Below, piece after piece: positions 28,742 to 41,237 of a stretch of DNA of 62,670 nt (positions are counted from its first letter, which is position 1; every line of letters begins with the position of its first letter). Source of the stretch: Macrostomum lignano. Its lineage: Eukaryota. The position numbers and the translations under genes are program-made. Location: contig NIVC01000525.1 of NCBI GenBank assembly GCA_002269645.1, positions 382,851 to 445,520 of the forward strand, written 5' to 3'. Below the pieces are notes generated by a model. That model had not been told where the DNA came from. It saw only the letters and a program-made list of their open reading frames with translations, and searched no databases.

Positions 28742-29220
28742 AGTCAAGGCTTACCGGGTGGAATTGCTGAGATGTCAAGGCTTACCGGGTGGAATTGCTG
28801 AGATGTCAAGGCTTACAGGGGGGAATTGCTGAGATGTCAAGGCTTACAGGGGGGAATTGATGAGATGTCAAGGCTTACTGGGTGGAATTGCTGAGATGTC
28901 AAGGCTTACCGGGTGGAATTGCTGAGATGTCAAGGCTTACAGGGGGGAATTGATGAGATGTCAAGGCTTACTGGGTGGAATTGCTGAGATGTCAAGGCTT
29001 ACCGGGTGGAATTGATGAGATGTCAAGGCTTACAGGGGAATTGCTGAGATATCAAGGCTTACAGGGGGGAATTGCTGAGATATCAAGGCTTACAGGGGGG
29101 AATTGCTGAGATGTCAAGGCTTACTGGGTGGAATTGCTGAGATGTCAAGGCTTACAGGGGGGGAATTGCTGAGATATCAAGGCTTACAGGGGGGAATTGC
29201 TGAGATGTCAAGGCTTAGAG
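28742..29220. repeat. Minisatellite, ~31-bp unit TCAAGGCTTACAGGGGGAATTGCTGAGATG
   Basis: Period 31 (TCAAGGC at 28744 and 28775). Confidence 0.92.
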
Positions 29221-29299
29221 GTCGGAAGCTACATGTAGTTTATTCAAAAGTTTTATTCCATTTTTTTGGGTCCCCAACGGGGGGCGCTGCTTGCTAGTG

Positions 29300-29426
29300 C
29301 CTACCGATAAATAAAGTTAGGGCCGCTGTACACTCCGGTGTGAGTGTGTGCCTGCTCACTGTGATCAGGGGAGTCAGCGGAATGGGCAGTTATGCCTCTC
29401 GCCGGTTGTGTGACAATGTCGCTTAA
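29300..29426. mobile_element. Short dispersed repeat, copy 1 (inverted relative to 47020-47175)
   Basis: Reverse complement aligns by eye with 47020-47175 (GCGACATTGTCxCACAACCGGCGAGAGGCATxACTGCCCATTCCGC...GTACAGCGGCxCTAACTTTATTTATCG). Confidence 0.7.
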
Positions 29427-29604
29427 GTTAGGGAATTCAATTGCAAAAAATGCATTTCGCAGCCTATAGGGAATTCGCACGATTTGCCAGTGTAGCGATC
29501 TTCTGCTTCAGTTGACCGAGTTCTCAGACAAAACTCTTGATCACGTCGAGATGTTGCTTACAAAGTCCCACAGTTAATACACAAAACAATTTGCACAGAC
29601 TCAC

Positions 29605-30019
29605 TGGAGAACGCGTTGGAGATGTTGTTTAGCGGCAGGCAGAAAATCGCCATTAGAATGTCCGCTGTGCTCAAATTGCAGATAAAATAATTTATAGTTG
29701 TGTGCATCGATGGTATACGATACACGGTTGCTATGACAACGAAGTTGCCAATCAGAGACAACAGGAACACTAGGGCATAGGCCGCTGTGATGACCACCAG
29801 AACTTCTGTGCTGAGCTTCACCTCCCAGAACGGCACCGCAGGCAGAGTCAGGTTCTCCATATCCTGCTTCAGTGACTGCTCGGTAAGCCAGAATCGGGAG
29901 CGATGTGGGCTGAGAGTCAAGCAGCGAGAACAGATTGTCAGTTTTGTAGCTGCAATGCTTATTGGAACCCGCCTTATCTGCGTCAGCCAATCAGATTCGC
30001 GTGGAATTGCGCGGTCCAT
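29605..30019 (-). CDS. Neuropeptide GPCR exon 1 (N-terminus, TM1-TM2); RFamide/SIFamide-NPFF-receptor-like class A GPCR
   Basis: Encodes ...MENLTLP...AYALVFLLSLIGNFVVIATVYRIPSMHTTINYFICNLSTADILMAIFCLP (GN and LxxxD motifs); donor TCC A|gtgagt. The five exons join in frame (1344 nt, 447 aa from ATG 30019; alternative start at 29860). Confidence 0.88.
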
Positions 30020-30089
30020 TGAAAGACATCGCTTCCGGGTGCTTTCCTCTTTGCTGTGGGATTTTCTTAATGGTATTTATGGAACTAGC

Positions 30090-30740
30090 CTATCTCACCC
30101 ACACTCACACCTGAGATCTACGCACACTCTCACCTGAGATCTACGCACACTCTCACCTGAGATCTCACCCACACTCTCACCTGCGATCTCACCCACAATC
30201 TCACCTGAGATCTACCCACACTCTCACCTGAGATCTCACCCACAATCTCACCTGCGATCTCACCCACACTCTCACCTGAGATCTCACCCACACTCTCACC
30301 TGAGATCTCACCCACAATCTCACCTGCGATCTCACCCACACTCTCACCTGAGATCTCACCCACACTCTCACCTGCGATCTCACCTACACTCTCACCTGCG
30401 ATCTCATCCACACTCTCACCTGAGATCTATTCACAGTCTCACCCGAGATCTACCTGTAATCTCTACCGAGATCTACCCACACTCTCACCCGAGATCTAAC
30501 CGCAATCTCACCCGAGATCTACCCGCAACCTCTACCGAGATCTACCCACAATCTCACCCGAGATCTACCCACAGTCTCACCCGAGATCTACCCGTAATCT
30601 CTACCGAGATCTACCCACAATCTCACCCGAGATCTACCCACACTCTCACCCGAGATCTACCCACACTCTTACCCGAGATCTACTCACACTCTCACCCGAG
30701 ATCTACCCACAATCTCACCCGAGATCTACCCACCCTGATT
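30090..30740. repeat. Minisatellite, ~24-bp unit CACACTCTCACCTGAGATCTCACC
   Basis: Tandem copies starting about 70 bp upstream of the GPCR ATG. Confidence 0.92.
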
Positions 30741-31254
30741 TCACCTACACTGCCGAAGTGCCAGCGCTCCAGTATTCCGAATCCCTCCGAAATAATCTGC
30801 TAGGAGTTCGCAAAAATGTTGCTTACCTAATCCCTCACAGATTAGAACGGACTCAGCCTTTTCAATTGAGGCTCAATCCGCTATAGAGGCCGATTGCAAT
30901 GCCAGAATTCCTAGAAATAGTGATTGACTGCCAGCCCTTATTCGCGTTACTAATTCATCCCCGAAATGGCCACTGCGATGGGATTTTTTAGGGATTGCAG
31001 ACCGGAATAAACATTCGCGACACCGTCAGAGGACAGCGAGCTGAGGCGTGAAGCGAAATGTGATAATTGAATTTGCCAATATAAATTTAGCAATATCTGT
31101 ATAAATTCTTTTGTCAGTGTGCAGCGTTGCTCTGCAGGAGCAGTTTGCACTTCTATCAGCCATAATTATTTCTGAGCCTCCTTGCGGAAAATCTGCATCC
31201 AGACACTCATCGCACTGCCTGAGACCAGGAGAGACCAGGAGAGACCAGGAACCT

Positions 31255-31690
31255 CCTTAGCCCACACCAGTGACCCCACAGTCCCCTCAGCAACCACCAG
31301 TGACCCCACAGTCCTCTCAGCAACCACTCATCATCCCACAGTCCCCTCAGCAACCACCCGTGACCCCACAGTCCCATCAGCAACCACAATTGACCCCACA
31401 GTCCCCTCAGCAACCACCCGTGACCCCACAATCCTCTCAGCAACCATCAGTGACCCCACAGTCCCCTCAGCAACCACCCGTGACCCCACAATCCTCTCAG
31501 CAACCATCAGTGACCCCACAGTCCCCTCAGCAACCACCCGTGACCCCACAATCCTCTCAGCAACCATCAGTGACCCCACAGTCCCCTCAGCAACCACTCG
31601 TGACCCCACAGTCCTCTCAGCAACCACTCGTGACCCCACAGTCCCCTCAGCAACCACTCGTGACCCCACAGTCCCCTCAGCAACCTCCAG
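31255..31690. repeat. Minisatellite, 30-bp unit GTGACCCCACAGTCCCCTCAGCAACCACCA
   Basis: About 14 tandem copies. Confidence 0.92.
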
Positions 31691-32609
31691 AGATGGCACA
31701 CAGGTTTTCAAACTGCGAGTAAAAAACTTATCTGCAGCCTAATCAGACAACTCAAGATCGAACTTTGAAAAAAGATACTCGCAAGCCACTGAAAAGTTGT
31801 CAGTTTTTTTCTAAGAAAATCCCATACCAGGCTCAATCGCATAGTGTTAAAACTGTCAATAGATTTCAGACCGTCGGATGGACCGTGTGACCGGCACGAA
31901 GCTGTTCTCAGGTGTTCAAACTCAAGACAACTAGATGAAGCTGTGCAAATTTGAATCTGGAAAGAGAACCTGATAGCACTCATTTGCTGCCGTGCTTTTT
32001 TGTAGAATTGGAACACGAACTGCAAGCAATCTGATTATTTAAATACAGATTGTTAACATGCCCATTGTCGTTGTCTGGCAAAATAAACAGCCGTTGCTAT
32101 GGTAACCGAGGTCAACGGTATTTGGCGAACCGTGTCTCGAAAAAATCGGTTGTTTTTTGCGAAAAAAAACGAATTTGAAAGCTTGAAAAAATAGTACTAG
32201 CTAAAATCACAGTACTCTACTTTCTGTCAGATAGTAGTATCGTTGGGGCATATGTATTTAAATTTGCAGTACGCAGTAAAGCTGCAATAAAAAAATACAA
32301 TATATGCAATATAAAAAAATTTCGCAGAAGCAGAAGATCACTACACTCGCAAGCCGTGCAGATTGCGCTGGGGGTGGTTTTCTGCTGCAAACTGCACTAC
32401 CGAGATTATGAATTTTCTGTTTCTTAGCCCTGAATTCCTAATATCCCACCCTCACAATTTTACTAAACTATTTTTCTATGAAATGCCATCAGAAACCGGC
32501 AGGCAAGCAAAGTTCCGGGTGAAATTTCCAATTTTGATTTTGACTGTCTTTCACATGCAATATTTCCTAATTGAAGAGGGAACTAGAACATATTTAAGTG
32601 GTTGGAATG

Positions 32610-33325
32610 GATTGCTAAACTAGCCTACATATACGATGGATTGCTAATCTAGTCAACTAGGATGATGGATTAGAATAGATAGCTAATCTAGCCTACATCT
32701 ATGATGGATTGCTAATCTAGCCAACTGGAATGATGGATTGCTAATCTAGCCAACTGGAATGATGGATTGCTAATCTAGCCAACTGGAATGATGGATTGCT
32801 AATCTAGCCAACTGGAATGATGGATTGCTAATCTAGCCAACTGGAATGATGGATTGCTAATCTAGCCAACTGGAATGATGGATTGCTAATCTAGCCAACT
32901 GGAATGATGGATTGATAATCTAGCCAACTGGAATGATGGATTGATAATCTAGCCAACTGGAATGATGGATTGCTAATCTAGCCAACTGGAATGATGGATT
33001 GCTAATCTAGCCAACTGGAATGATGGATTGCTAATCTAGCCAACTGGAATGATGGATTGCTAATCTAGCCAACTGGAATGATGGATTGCTAATCTAGCCA
33101 ACTGGAATGATGGATTGCTAATCTAGCCAACTGGAATGATGGATTGCTAATCTAGCCAACTGGAATGATGGATTGCTAATCTAGCCAACTGGAATGATGG
33201 ATTGATAATCTAGCCAACTGGAATGATGGATTGCTAATCTAGCCAACTGGAATGATGGATTGCTAATCTAGCCAACGAGTTTGATGGATTCCTAACCTAC
33301 TCAACAAGGATGATGGATTGCTAGC
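32610..33325. repeat. Minisatellite, 29-bp unit GGATTGCTAATCTAGCCAACTGGAATGAT (core family array 4)
   Basis: Period 29 (32706, 32735); homogeneous centre and degenerate edges. Confidence 0.94.
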
Positions 33326-34318
33326 CTACGAGTGATTAGAATTAACGCAGTCCAGCTATAGTTTCCTAAAGCCAGACAAGCCGATCAAATGCGCCACGCG
33401 CTGCAATTTTATGCGGGGTGGCAGCTGACTGACTGACAGACTGCCCAAGTGAGCGAGATTGAGTTGCAGAGCAAGCAACATAGGCAGCTGACGGAGGCGC
33501 AGCCTGTGGATCCCATGGAGTGGCTAGTGAGTGGCGTATAACGGATACACAACCAAGACCGTAGCCCGCACAGATCACGCCATGCCCCCTCCCCCACCAA
33601 GCCAGGCAGGGACCTCCAGCCCTCCATGCGCACCCATTGGTTTCTCCAGTTGATGCGGAACTGGAGGATGAGGTGAGGGAGGAAGAGGGGACTGCCCCTG
33701 CGTGTGTGCCTCCCGCTTGCCATGCGGTGGAACAGGGAGCCGTGGGGATGCGACATGCAAATTGACCCCCTGGCGCTACCCCAGCCCTCCCTCACGACCT
33801 CCCCGTCCTCCCCCGCAGTCCTAAGCTCGACTTGTGTTTTTCGTACACCAGCCACCCCCCGCCTCTCTCTCTGCCCGGCTCTGCATTAACCGACCCCCCC
33901 GGCGACCCCCAGCCAGTCAGCCCGTTTCCTCTCCGCCCTACGCGCGGCATCATTTCTCCCAGATATCCCAGCGTCTTCTCTTCCCCTTCGTCTCCTCATC
34001 CTCTGCTTCATCTCCCAGCATCTCCCCAGCTCCGACACACTTTTCCCTTCGGCCCGCTGCTTCCTCATCCTCCTTCGCTTCCTAGCAAACTCTCCACCAA
34101 AAGAAACGCGTTTTATCCCAATTCAACTACGAGCGTAGAGGCAAGGCAAGATTTCGCTCTATCCAAGTCCCGGAATCTCCCAGCCAGCTCAGATTCAACA
34201 AAGTTCAGACGATCGGCCTTGGGTTGCCGGCGCCAATCTGCCTTCTTCTCGTCTCTCTACTGTCGATGCCCGACGCTGACGGGCAGCTCGACAGGCACCG
34301 CGGCGGCGGCCGAGTCGG

Positions 34319-35053
34319 ATGTCCCGTCTAGCGTCGGCCGCATCGGCGTCGGATTCGACTGTCGACGCGACAAAACCATTGTGGACAGAGCCGGAGCGGA
34401 TCAACGGCGCCGGTGGAGGAGGAGCTCCTTATCAACATCGCCGTCTTCAACAAGAATTCGTCGATGAAGTTGACCAGCTGGACGGCGAGACGGCGGCGGC
34501 AGCGGCGGCGGTGGCGGCGGAGACAACAGATCCTGCAAAGCTCGGCGAGGATGACTTGGAGACCTACGTCGCCGAGGAGGACGAAGCCGACGAAGAAATT
34601 GACGACGAGGAGGACGCCGAGGAGGAAGAGGAGCTGATGAACGGCGGCGGGCTCGGGCTGCACTACCCGACTCTGTCCGAGCCGTGCAGCGTCCGGCACC
34701 CCACCGAGCAGAACCCGGCAGCCGAGCTCTGCAGCTGGGTGCTGCGCTACGCCGGCCTGTCGCTCCTCTGCCTGCCGCTGCTGGCGCTGGCCTGCATGGC
34801 CTGCCTGCCGCTGGCCTGCCTCCGACTGGCTGCCGGCGCGTTCGGCAAGACTCCGCTGAGCCACAGGGAGCTCGCCTGGTTCCGCCGGGACGCCAGAGCC
34901 GTTGTAGTTCGACTGGACGTGCGAAATAACGGCGGCAGTACCGGCGGCGGTCTGACGCTGGCTCGGCTGCGTCAGCTGGTCGGCCAGCGAGTGATCGGCG
35001 CCGAGGATAAATCTGGCGAGAGGCGCTATCCAAGATTTAGCCAGCGTGTCGAG
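34319..35053 (+). CDS. WS/DGAT-like acyltransferase exon 1 (acidic N-terminus, hydrophobic segment, start of catalytic domain)
   Basis: GC-rich ORF ending ...GERRYPRFSQRVE (like the WS/DGAT N-domain PRFxQ strand); candidate donor GAG|gtctgt, phase 0; start codon uncertain. Confidence 0.72.
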
Positions 35054-35084
35054 GTCTGTTGGGACGGCTGGTTGGCTGTGCAGG

Positions 35085-35615
35085 GGGAGCGAGGCGGCTG
35101 TGTACGGAGAGTGAGGTGGCTGTGCAGGAGTGGGGTGGCTATGCAGGAGGAGTGGGGTGGCTGTGTAGGGGGAGTGGGGGGTTTCCAGGGGGAGTGAGGT
35201 GGCTGTGCAGGAGGAGTGAGGCGGCTGTGTACGGTGAGTGAGGTGGCTGTGCAGGAGTGGGGTGGCTGTGCAGGAGGAGTGGGGTGGCTGTGTAGGGGGA
35301 GTGGGGGGGTTTCCAGGGGGAGTGAGGTGGCTGTGCAGGAGGAGTGGGGTGGCTGTGCAGGAGGAGTGAGAGTGGCTGTGCAGGAGGAGTGAGAGTGGCT
35401 GTGCAGGAGTGAGAGTGGCTGTGCAGGAGGAGTGAGAGTGGCTGTGCAGGAGGAGTGAGAGTGGCTGTGCAGGAGTGAGAGTGGCTGTGCAGGAGGAGTG
35501 AGAGTGGCTGTGCAGGAGGAGTGAGAGTGGCTGTGCAGGAGGAGTGAGAGTGGCTGTGCAGGAGGAGTGAGAGTGGCTGTGCAGGAGGAGTGAGAGTGGC
35601 TGTGCAGGAGGAGTG
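35085..35615. repeat. Minisatellite, ~23-bp unit GTGGCTGTGCAGGAGGAGTGAGA
   Basis: Fills most of WS/DGAT intron 1. Confidence 0.9.
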
Positions 35616-35717
35616 AGGCGGTTTCCAGTTGGAGTTGGGTGGCGGAAAGAATACGATGGTTTCAGTGTGTTAGAAACTTTTTATAACCCTTTCTACCACC
35701 TATATTACCGATTGCAG

Positions 35718-36827
35718 GACACCTGCGCAGGCCCAGTTTGGGCAACCGACACCACCTTCAGCTTAGATGATCATGTCCGCGAGATCCAACCGCGACTGCG
35801 CGGCCCCGCCGACCTGTCCGCCTTCTTGGCCTCAGCGACGGCTCGCCCGTTCGCTCGCGACCGCCCGCTTTGGGAGCTGCAGTTCCAGGCCGCCTACGGT
35901 CCGGCGGGCGACGCCCTGCTGGTCTACAGGCAGCACCCGAGCTTCGCCGACGGCCTCAGCATGACCCGCTTGCTGTCCGGCGCTCTCTGCGACTCGCCGG
36001 CACACGATGTGGCGTCCACGTTGGTGACAAATTCGGCAGCAACCTCGGCAGCGGCGGCGCAGCAGCCTGGAGTCACAGCGGCCGGCCTGCTCGAGGAGGC
36101 CCGCTGCCTCTTCCTGGCGCCATCGGTGCTGCTGCTGCACTACCTGCTGGGCCGGCCGGACTGCAACCCACTGCACGGCGGCCCGCAGAGGTTGGCCAGG
36201 CGGCGGCGGCCGGCGCAGCTTCGGGCGAGTCTCGACGCCCGCCAGGTGTGGCGCGTCCGCCAGGTGACTCGGACCAGCCTAAACGATGCCTGCCTGCTGC
36301 TGCTGACCGGGGCGCTGCGCTCCTACAATCAGCTGCTGGGCCTGCCGCACCCGCCCGACTGCCGCGCCGCCCTGGCTGTCGACCTTGGCGGTGGCGAGGC
36401 CGCCGGCCGTCTGGGCAGTCGCTACGCGCTGTCCACTGTGCGGCTGCCAGTCAGCGTCGAAGGCATGCTGCCGCAGCTCTGGCAGCTGCGGGCTCGCCTT
36501 GCCGAACTCCGAGCCGAGGCCCGGTTTCGCGCTGTCCGCCTGGTGGACTCGCTGATGTTCTTCGCTCTGCCGGCCGGCTTGGCCAGCCGGGCTGTCCGGC
36601 TGCACACGGACAGGGCCAGCTGCTTGGCGCTGTGCCTACCCGGCCCGGCCGGCCCGCTGTGGCTGGACGGCTGTCCGGTTGACGGCGTCTGCTTCTGGTT
36701 CCCCGCGTCCGAGCCCGTCCGGCTGTCCGTGACATTCTATTCTTATTCGGACAGCCTATCCGTCTGCCTGTCGGCTAGCCAGTCTGTCCGGTGTCCGCGC
36801 CTGCTCATCCACTGCATGCGGGCTCAG
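35718..36827 (+). CDS. WS/DGAT-like (wax ester synthase/diacylglycerol acyltransferase family) exon 2
   Basis: Acceptor accgattgcag|GAC; contains PVWATDTTFSLDDHV, PFARDRPLWEL, LLVYRQHPSFADG (motif position), TSLNDACLLLLTGALRSY and PGPAGPLWLDGCPV...VTFYSYSDSLSV, which are hallmark WS/DGAT blocks; candidate donor CAG|gtctgt. Confidence 0.85.
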
Positions 36828-36849
36828 GTCTGTGACTTGGCAGCCTGAT

Positions 36850-38305
36850 TAATATACCGATTTCTTGAATGATCGATTTCTTGAATGACTGATTTCTTGA
36901 ATGAACGATTTCTTGAATGACCGATTTCTTGAATGACCGATACTTGATTGACCGTTTTCTTAAATGACCGACTCTTGAATGAGCGACTCTTGAATGACCG
37001 ATTCTTAAATGACCGATTCTTGAATGACCGATTTCTTGAATGACCGATTCTTGAATGACCGATTTCTTAAATGGCCGATTTCTTAAATGGCCGATTTCTT
37101 GAATGACCGATTCCTGAATGACCGATTTCTTGAATGACCGATTTCTTGAATGACCGATTCCTGAATGACCGATTTCTTGAATGACCGATTTCTTGAATGA
37201 CCGATTCTTGAATGACCGATTCTTGAATGACCGATTTCTTGAATGACCGATTTCTTGAATGACCGATTCTTTAATGACCGATTCTTAAATGACCGATTCT
37301 TTAATGACCGATTCTTAAATGACCGATTCTTAAATGACCGATTTTTTGAATGACCGATTCTTGAATGACCGATTTCTTAAATGGCTGATTTCTTAAATGG
37401 CCGATTTCTTAAATGGCCGATTTCTTGAATGACCGATTCTTGAATGACCGATTTCTTCAATGACCGATTTCTTGAATGACCGATTCTTAAATGACCGATT
37501 CTTAAATGACCGATTTTTTGAATGACCGATTCTTGAATGACCGATTTCTTAAATGGCCGATTTCTTAAATGGCCGATTTCTTGAATGACCGATTCTTGAA
37601 TGACCGGCTCTTGAATTACCGGCTCTTGAATGACCGATTTATTGAATGACCGATTTCTTGAATGACCGATTTCTTGAATGACCGATTCTTGAATGACCGA
37701 TTTTTTGAATGACCGATTTCTTGAATGACCGATTCTTAAATGACCGATTCTTGAATGACCGATTTTTTGAATGACCGATTTTTTGAATGACCGATTTCTT
37801 AAATGGCCGATTTCTTAAATGACCGATTCTTGAATGACCGATTTCTTAAATGGCCGATTTCTTAAATGACCGATTTCTTAAATGGCCGATTTCTTGAATG
37901 ACCGATTCTTGAATGACCGATTTCTTGAATGACCGATTCTTGAATGACCGGCTCTTGAAAGACCGATTTCTTGAATGACCGATTTCTTGAATGACCGATT
38001 CTTGAATGATCGATTCTTGAATTACTGATTCTTGAATGACCGATTCTTGAATGATCGATTTCTTGAATGACCGATTTTCTTGAATGACCGATTTCTTAAA
38101 TGGCCGATTTCTTAAATGGCCGATTTCTTGAATGACCGATACTTGAATGACCGGCTCTTGAATGACCGGCTCTTGAATGACCGATTTCTTGAATGACCGA
38201 TTCTTGAATGACCGATTTCTTGAATGACCGATTCTTGAATGACCGGCTCTTGAATGACCGATTTCTTGAATGACCAATTTCCTAAATGACCGATTATTGA
38301 ATGAC
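36850..38305. repeat. Minisatellite, 16-17-bp unit GAATGACCGAT(T)TCTT
   Basis: About 1.45 kb starting about 25 bp after the exon 2 donor. Confidence 0.95.
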
Positions 38306-38869
38306 TAATTCCCACCCTTACCGAACACCACCCCTAAGTGTGGAGCAGTAGAAATGAATTTTCGTTTGCTTTGACGCAGATGCAGCAAAACGCTTCGAAG
38401 TTCCGCTAAGCTGCACTGAATTCTCAGTTGGCAACCGCCCCTTCTCTCCATCTTTGTCATATTTGATATATTTTATACCGCCTAGAAAGTCTGCTTGGCT
38501 CTGCTGCAACTCAGGAGACTCAGCCTCAGGCTTAAAATAGGCTGAGTCTCCATCGCTCAATCTCGAGAATCTATCCTCCCAAAGCTGCTTTAAGTTTTTT
38601 GCCCGCTTTCCTTTCTCTTTTAGAAGAAGCAGAAGAAGTGCCGCTTCAGCCCGCCCAGGGGGGGGGAAGCAGCGGGGTGCCTAATTGTTGCCCGCAGCTT
38701 GGGACGGGATGGAGCAACTGCCAGCCAATTAATCTCCCCCAAGCTGAGAAGGGTTGGGATTATTTAGAAAGCTGGCAAATTTATCCCGTCCCGTTGGAAA
38801 AGTGCAATCTTTTATTTTGATTTTTATGATTTTGACGTGGGTCGTAAGAGTCGGCTGAGCTGGGATAAC

Positions 38870-39220
38870 GTCCAATGGACAGGTATAATGTTGCATAGGA
38901 CATGTGTAATGTTGCATAGGACAGGTATAATGTTGCATAGGACATGTGTAATGTTGTATAGGACAGGTATAATGTTGCATAGGACATGTGTAATGTTGTA
39001 TAGGACAGGTATAATGTTGTATAGGACAGGTATAATGTTGCATAGGACAGGTATAATGTTGTATAGGACAGGTATAATGTTGCATAGGACAGGTATAATG
39101 TTGCATAGGACAGGTATAATGTTGTATAAGACAGGTATAATGTTGTATAAGACAGGTATAATGTTGTATAGGACAGGTATAATGTTGCATAGGACAGGTA
39201 CAATGTTGCATAGGACAGGT
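38870..39220. repeat. Minisatellite, 21-bp unit ATAGGACAGGTATAATGTTG(C/T)
   Basis: Tandem copies. Confidence 0.92.
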
Positions 39221-40066
39221 ATATTAATTCGAAGTATGAGATTCTAAACGACAGGTATACCGGTACAAATACTCTAATTATAATCAAATTTCCAAACTCG
39301 AATGGCGGTGCCGTTGATCCAACACAACCGAGCTTTCTCACCCTGACACAGTCACCTCAGGGCCCGCAAACATTTTCTGCTCAGGGCCAAGCAAGTTCGA
39401 CGATCTGCTTTCACTTCCTCCCGCTTCGGCGCCCAACCCCCTTCCCTAATCTTCTGCCTCGAGGGACTTCTCTCCATCTCCATCCCATCGTAGTTTTTCT
39501 ATACGAGCGCACCCTTCTCACTCTCTCGCCGTCCTGTGTTATCCCACTGCTAGTGCGAGTTAGAAGCGGCTCAAACAGAGGAACAGAGCAAAATCCTGTA
39601 GCTACTATCCTACTTTTTCTTTCCCCACTCTCATTTATCTTCTTCCGAACCAGCAGCCCTAACTAAGTTTAAACCGAAGACTCTCTACAACTCACGTGAG
39701 CGTGGGAACGAGCTCCCTTCTCTCTGACTGTCGGCCTGATGTTGGCGTGGCTGTCTTTTGCGGACGAACTTTGTGTAACAACTGGAAGCTTCAAAGCTTT
39801 TGCTCGATTAAAACACAATTATTTAAATATCCGAGAAAAGTTGGCCTGGAATTTTTCGTGCAATTAGTGCTCATGAGGGCCGACCCCCCCTCCCCCCCTA
39901 TAGCACATAGAGTGGACATGCCTGACGATTAGAAAGTGTGCGTGCTCAGGGGCCAGCGGAATGGGCTGGTTACCTACTCGCTTGCTTTGAGGCTGTGCAG
40001 TGAGGCAGTGAGGCAGTACACTAAAATACCGTACTTTTTTAACGTAGGAGGAGGAGCGAGCGACTT

Positions 40067-40460
40067 GTGAAAAGGGGCGTGGTAAGGGAGCCAAGAGGCG
40101 TCAACCAATCAGCTCTCGAGGAGGAACGACTTGTTGAAAGGGGAGTGGTCAGAGAGCCAAGAGGCGTCAACCAATCAGCTCTCGAGGAGGAACGACCTGT
40201 GGAAAGGGGTGTGTGGTTAGAGAGCCAAGAGGCGTCAACCAATCAGCTCTCGAGGAGGAACGACCTGTGGAAAGGGGTGTGGTTAGAGAGCCAAGAGGCG
40301 TCAACCAATCAGCTCTCGAGGAGGAACGACCTGTGGAAAGGGGTGTGGTTAGAGAGCCAAGAGGCGTCAACCAATCAGCTCTCGAGTAGGAACGACCTGT
40401 GGAAAGGGGTGTGGTTAGAGAGCCAAGAGGCGTCAACTAATCAGCTTTCGAGAAGGAGGG
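40067..40460. repeat. Minisatellite, ~66-bp unit containing AACCAATCAGC
   Basis: About 6 copies (CGACCTGTGG at 40261 and 40327). Confidence 0.9.
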
Positions 40461-40544
40461 AGCGACTCGTACAGGCCACAACATGGCTCCGACTTGGAGA
40501 TCAGTATCGATCTTTAGCGGACCGCCCTCGCCTTCTGTTTGCAG

Positions 40545-41228
40545 GCCGCTGCGCTGAGCAAGCTCCTAGAGCATCGCCGAGTTCCAGGCGAGGGCCGCGA
40601 GCTCGCCAAACGGAATCGAGCCGCTCGAATCGCCGCGGTAAACAACCCGGAGGCTTCGTCGACTTCGTCCGCGGCGTTGAATTCGCGTCGCAGGTCGCCG
40701 TCGCCACAGCCTGGCGACTTCAGCGGCCTCGGAGTTGGCGGCGGCTCCGACCAGGCTCTTGCCATGTCATCGGCGGACAGCCTGACGGTGGCATCGACAC
40801 CTCGAGGAAGCCGTGAATCCAGCGAGGAGCCGCACCAGCTGGAGGCCTCCGCCCTGCTGTTGGCGGCCCAGACAGCCAGCTACGACGACCTGCAGCTGCG
40901 ACTTGCCGGCGTTCAGCTCCGGCTGCAGGATCCCGACGGCCTTGCCCCGGACGAGCGCGACCTGCTGAAGGCGGAGTTCCACCTGCTCATGACGGAGTTG
41001 CGTCGGCGAAAGACGAACCGCGGCGACGGCGACTTCGACGATCCGGAATTCGACCGGGTGCCGGCGGCGCGGCGCAAGCAGTCACTTGTGTCGCTTCGCT
41101 CGTTCGGCCGACGGCGCTCGACTTCGTCGCAGGTCGGTCTGGCGGTTGTCGGCGGCTCGTCTATGGAGCAGCCCAATATCACGGTGTTCACCAGCCGGCG
41201 CTTCGAGACCTGGGAGTACGAAGTCTGA
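40545..41228 (+). CDS. WS/DGAT-like exon 3 (C-terminal extension, Ser-rich plus helical/coiled-coil segment)
   Basis: Acceptor ccttctgtttgcag|GCC, phase 0 matching exon 2; GC-rich ORF to TGA (...DLQLRLAGVQLRLQ...LLKAEFHLLMTELRRRK...WEYEV*); joined CDS about 842 aa. Confidence 0.7.
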   Translation, partial: AAALSKLLEHRRVPGEGRELAKRNRAARIAAVNNPEASSTSSAALNSRRRSPSPQPGDFSGLGVGGGSDQALAMSSADSLTVASTPRGSRESSEEPHQLEASALLLAAQTASYDDLQLRLAGVQLRLQDPDGLAPDERDLLKAEFHLLMTELRRRKTNRGDGDFDDPEFDRVPAARRKQSLVSLRSFGRRRSTSSQVGLAVVGGSSMEQPNITVFTSRRFETWEYEV

Positions 41229-41237
41229 GCTGGGGTC

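Noticed and set aside
31182-31742. Mucin-like Thr/Pro-rich ORF
   Set aside because: Coincides with the 30-bp minisatellite, open in several frames, no signal peptide or convincing splice context.
35613-35717. N-terminal part of ORF 35613-36848 and its VCDLAA* end
   Set aside because: 35613-35717 begins in the intronic array and ends at the acceptor. The terminal VCDLAA* follows a candidate donor, so both are treated as intronic, though retention giving a shorter protein cannot be excluded.
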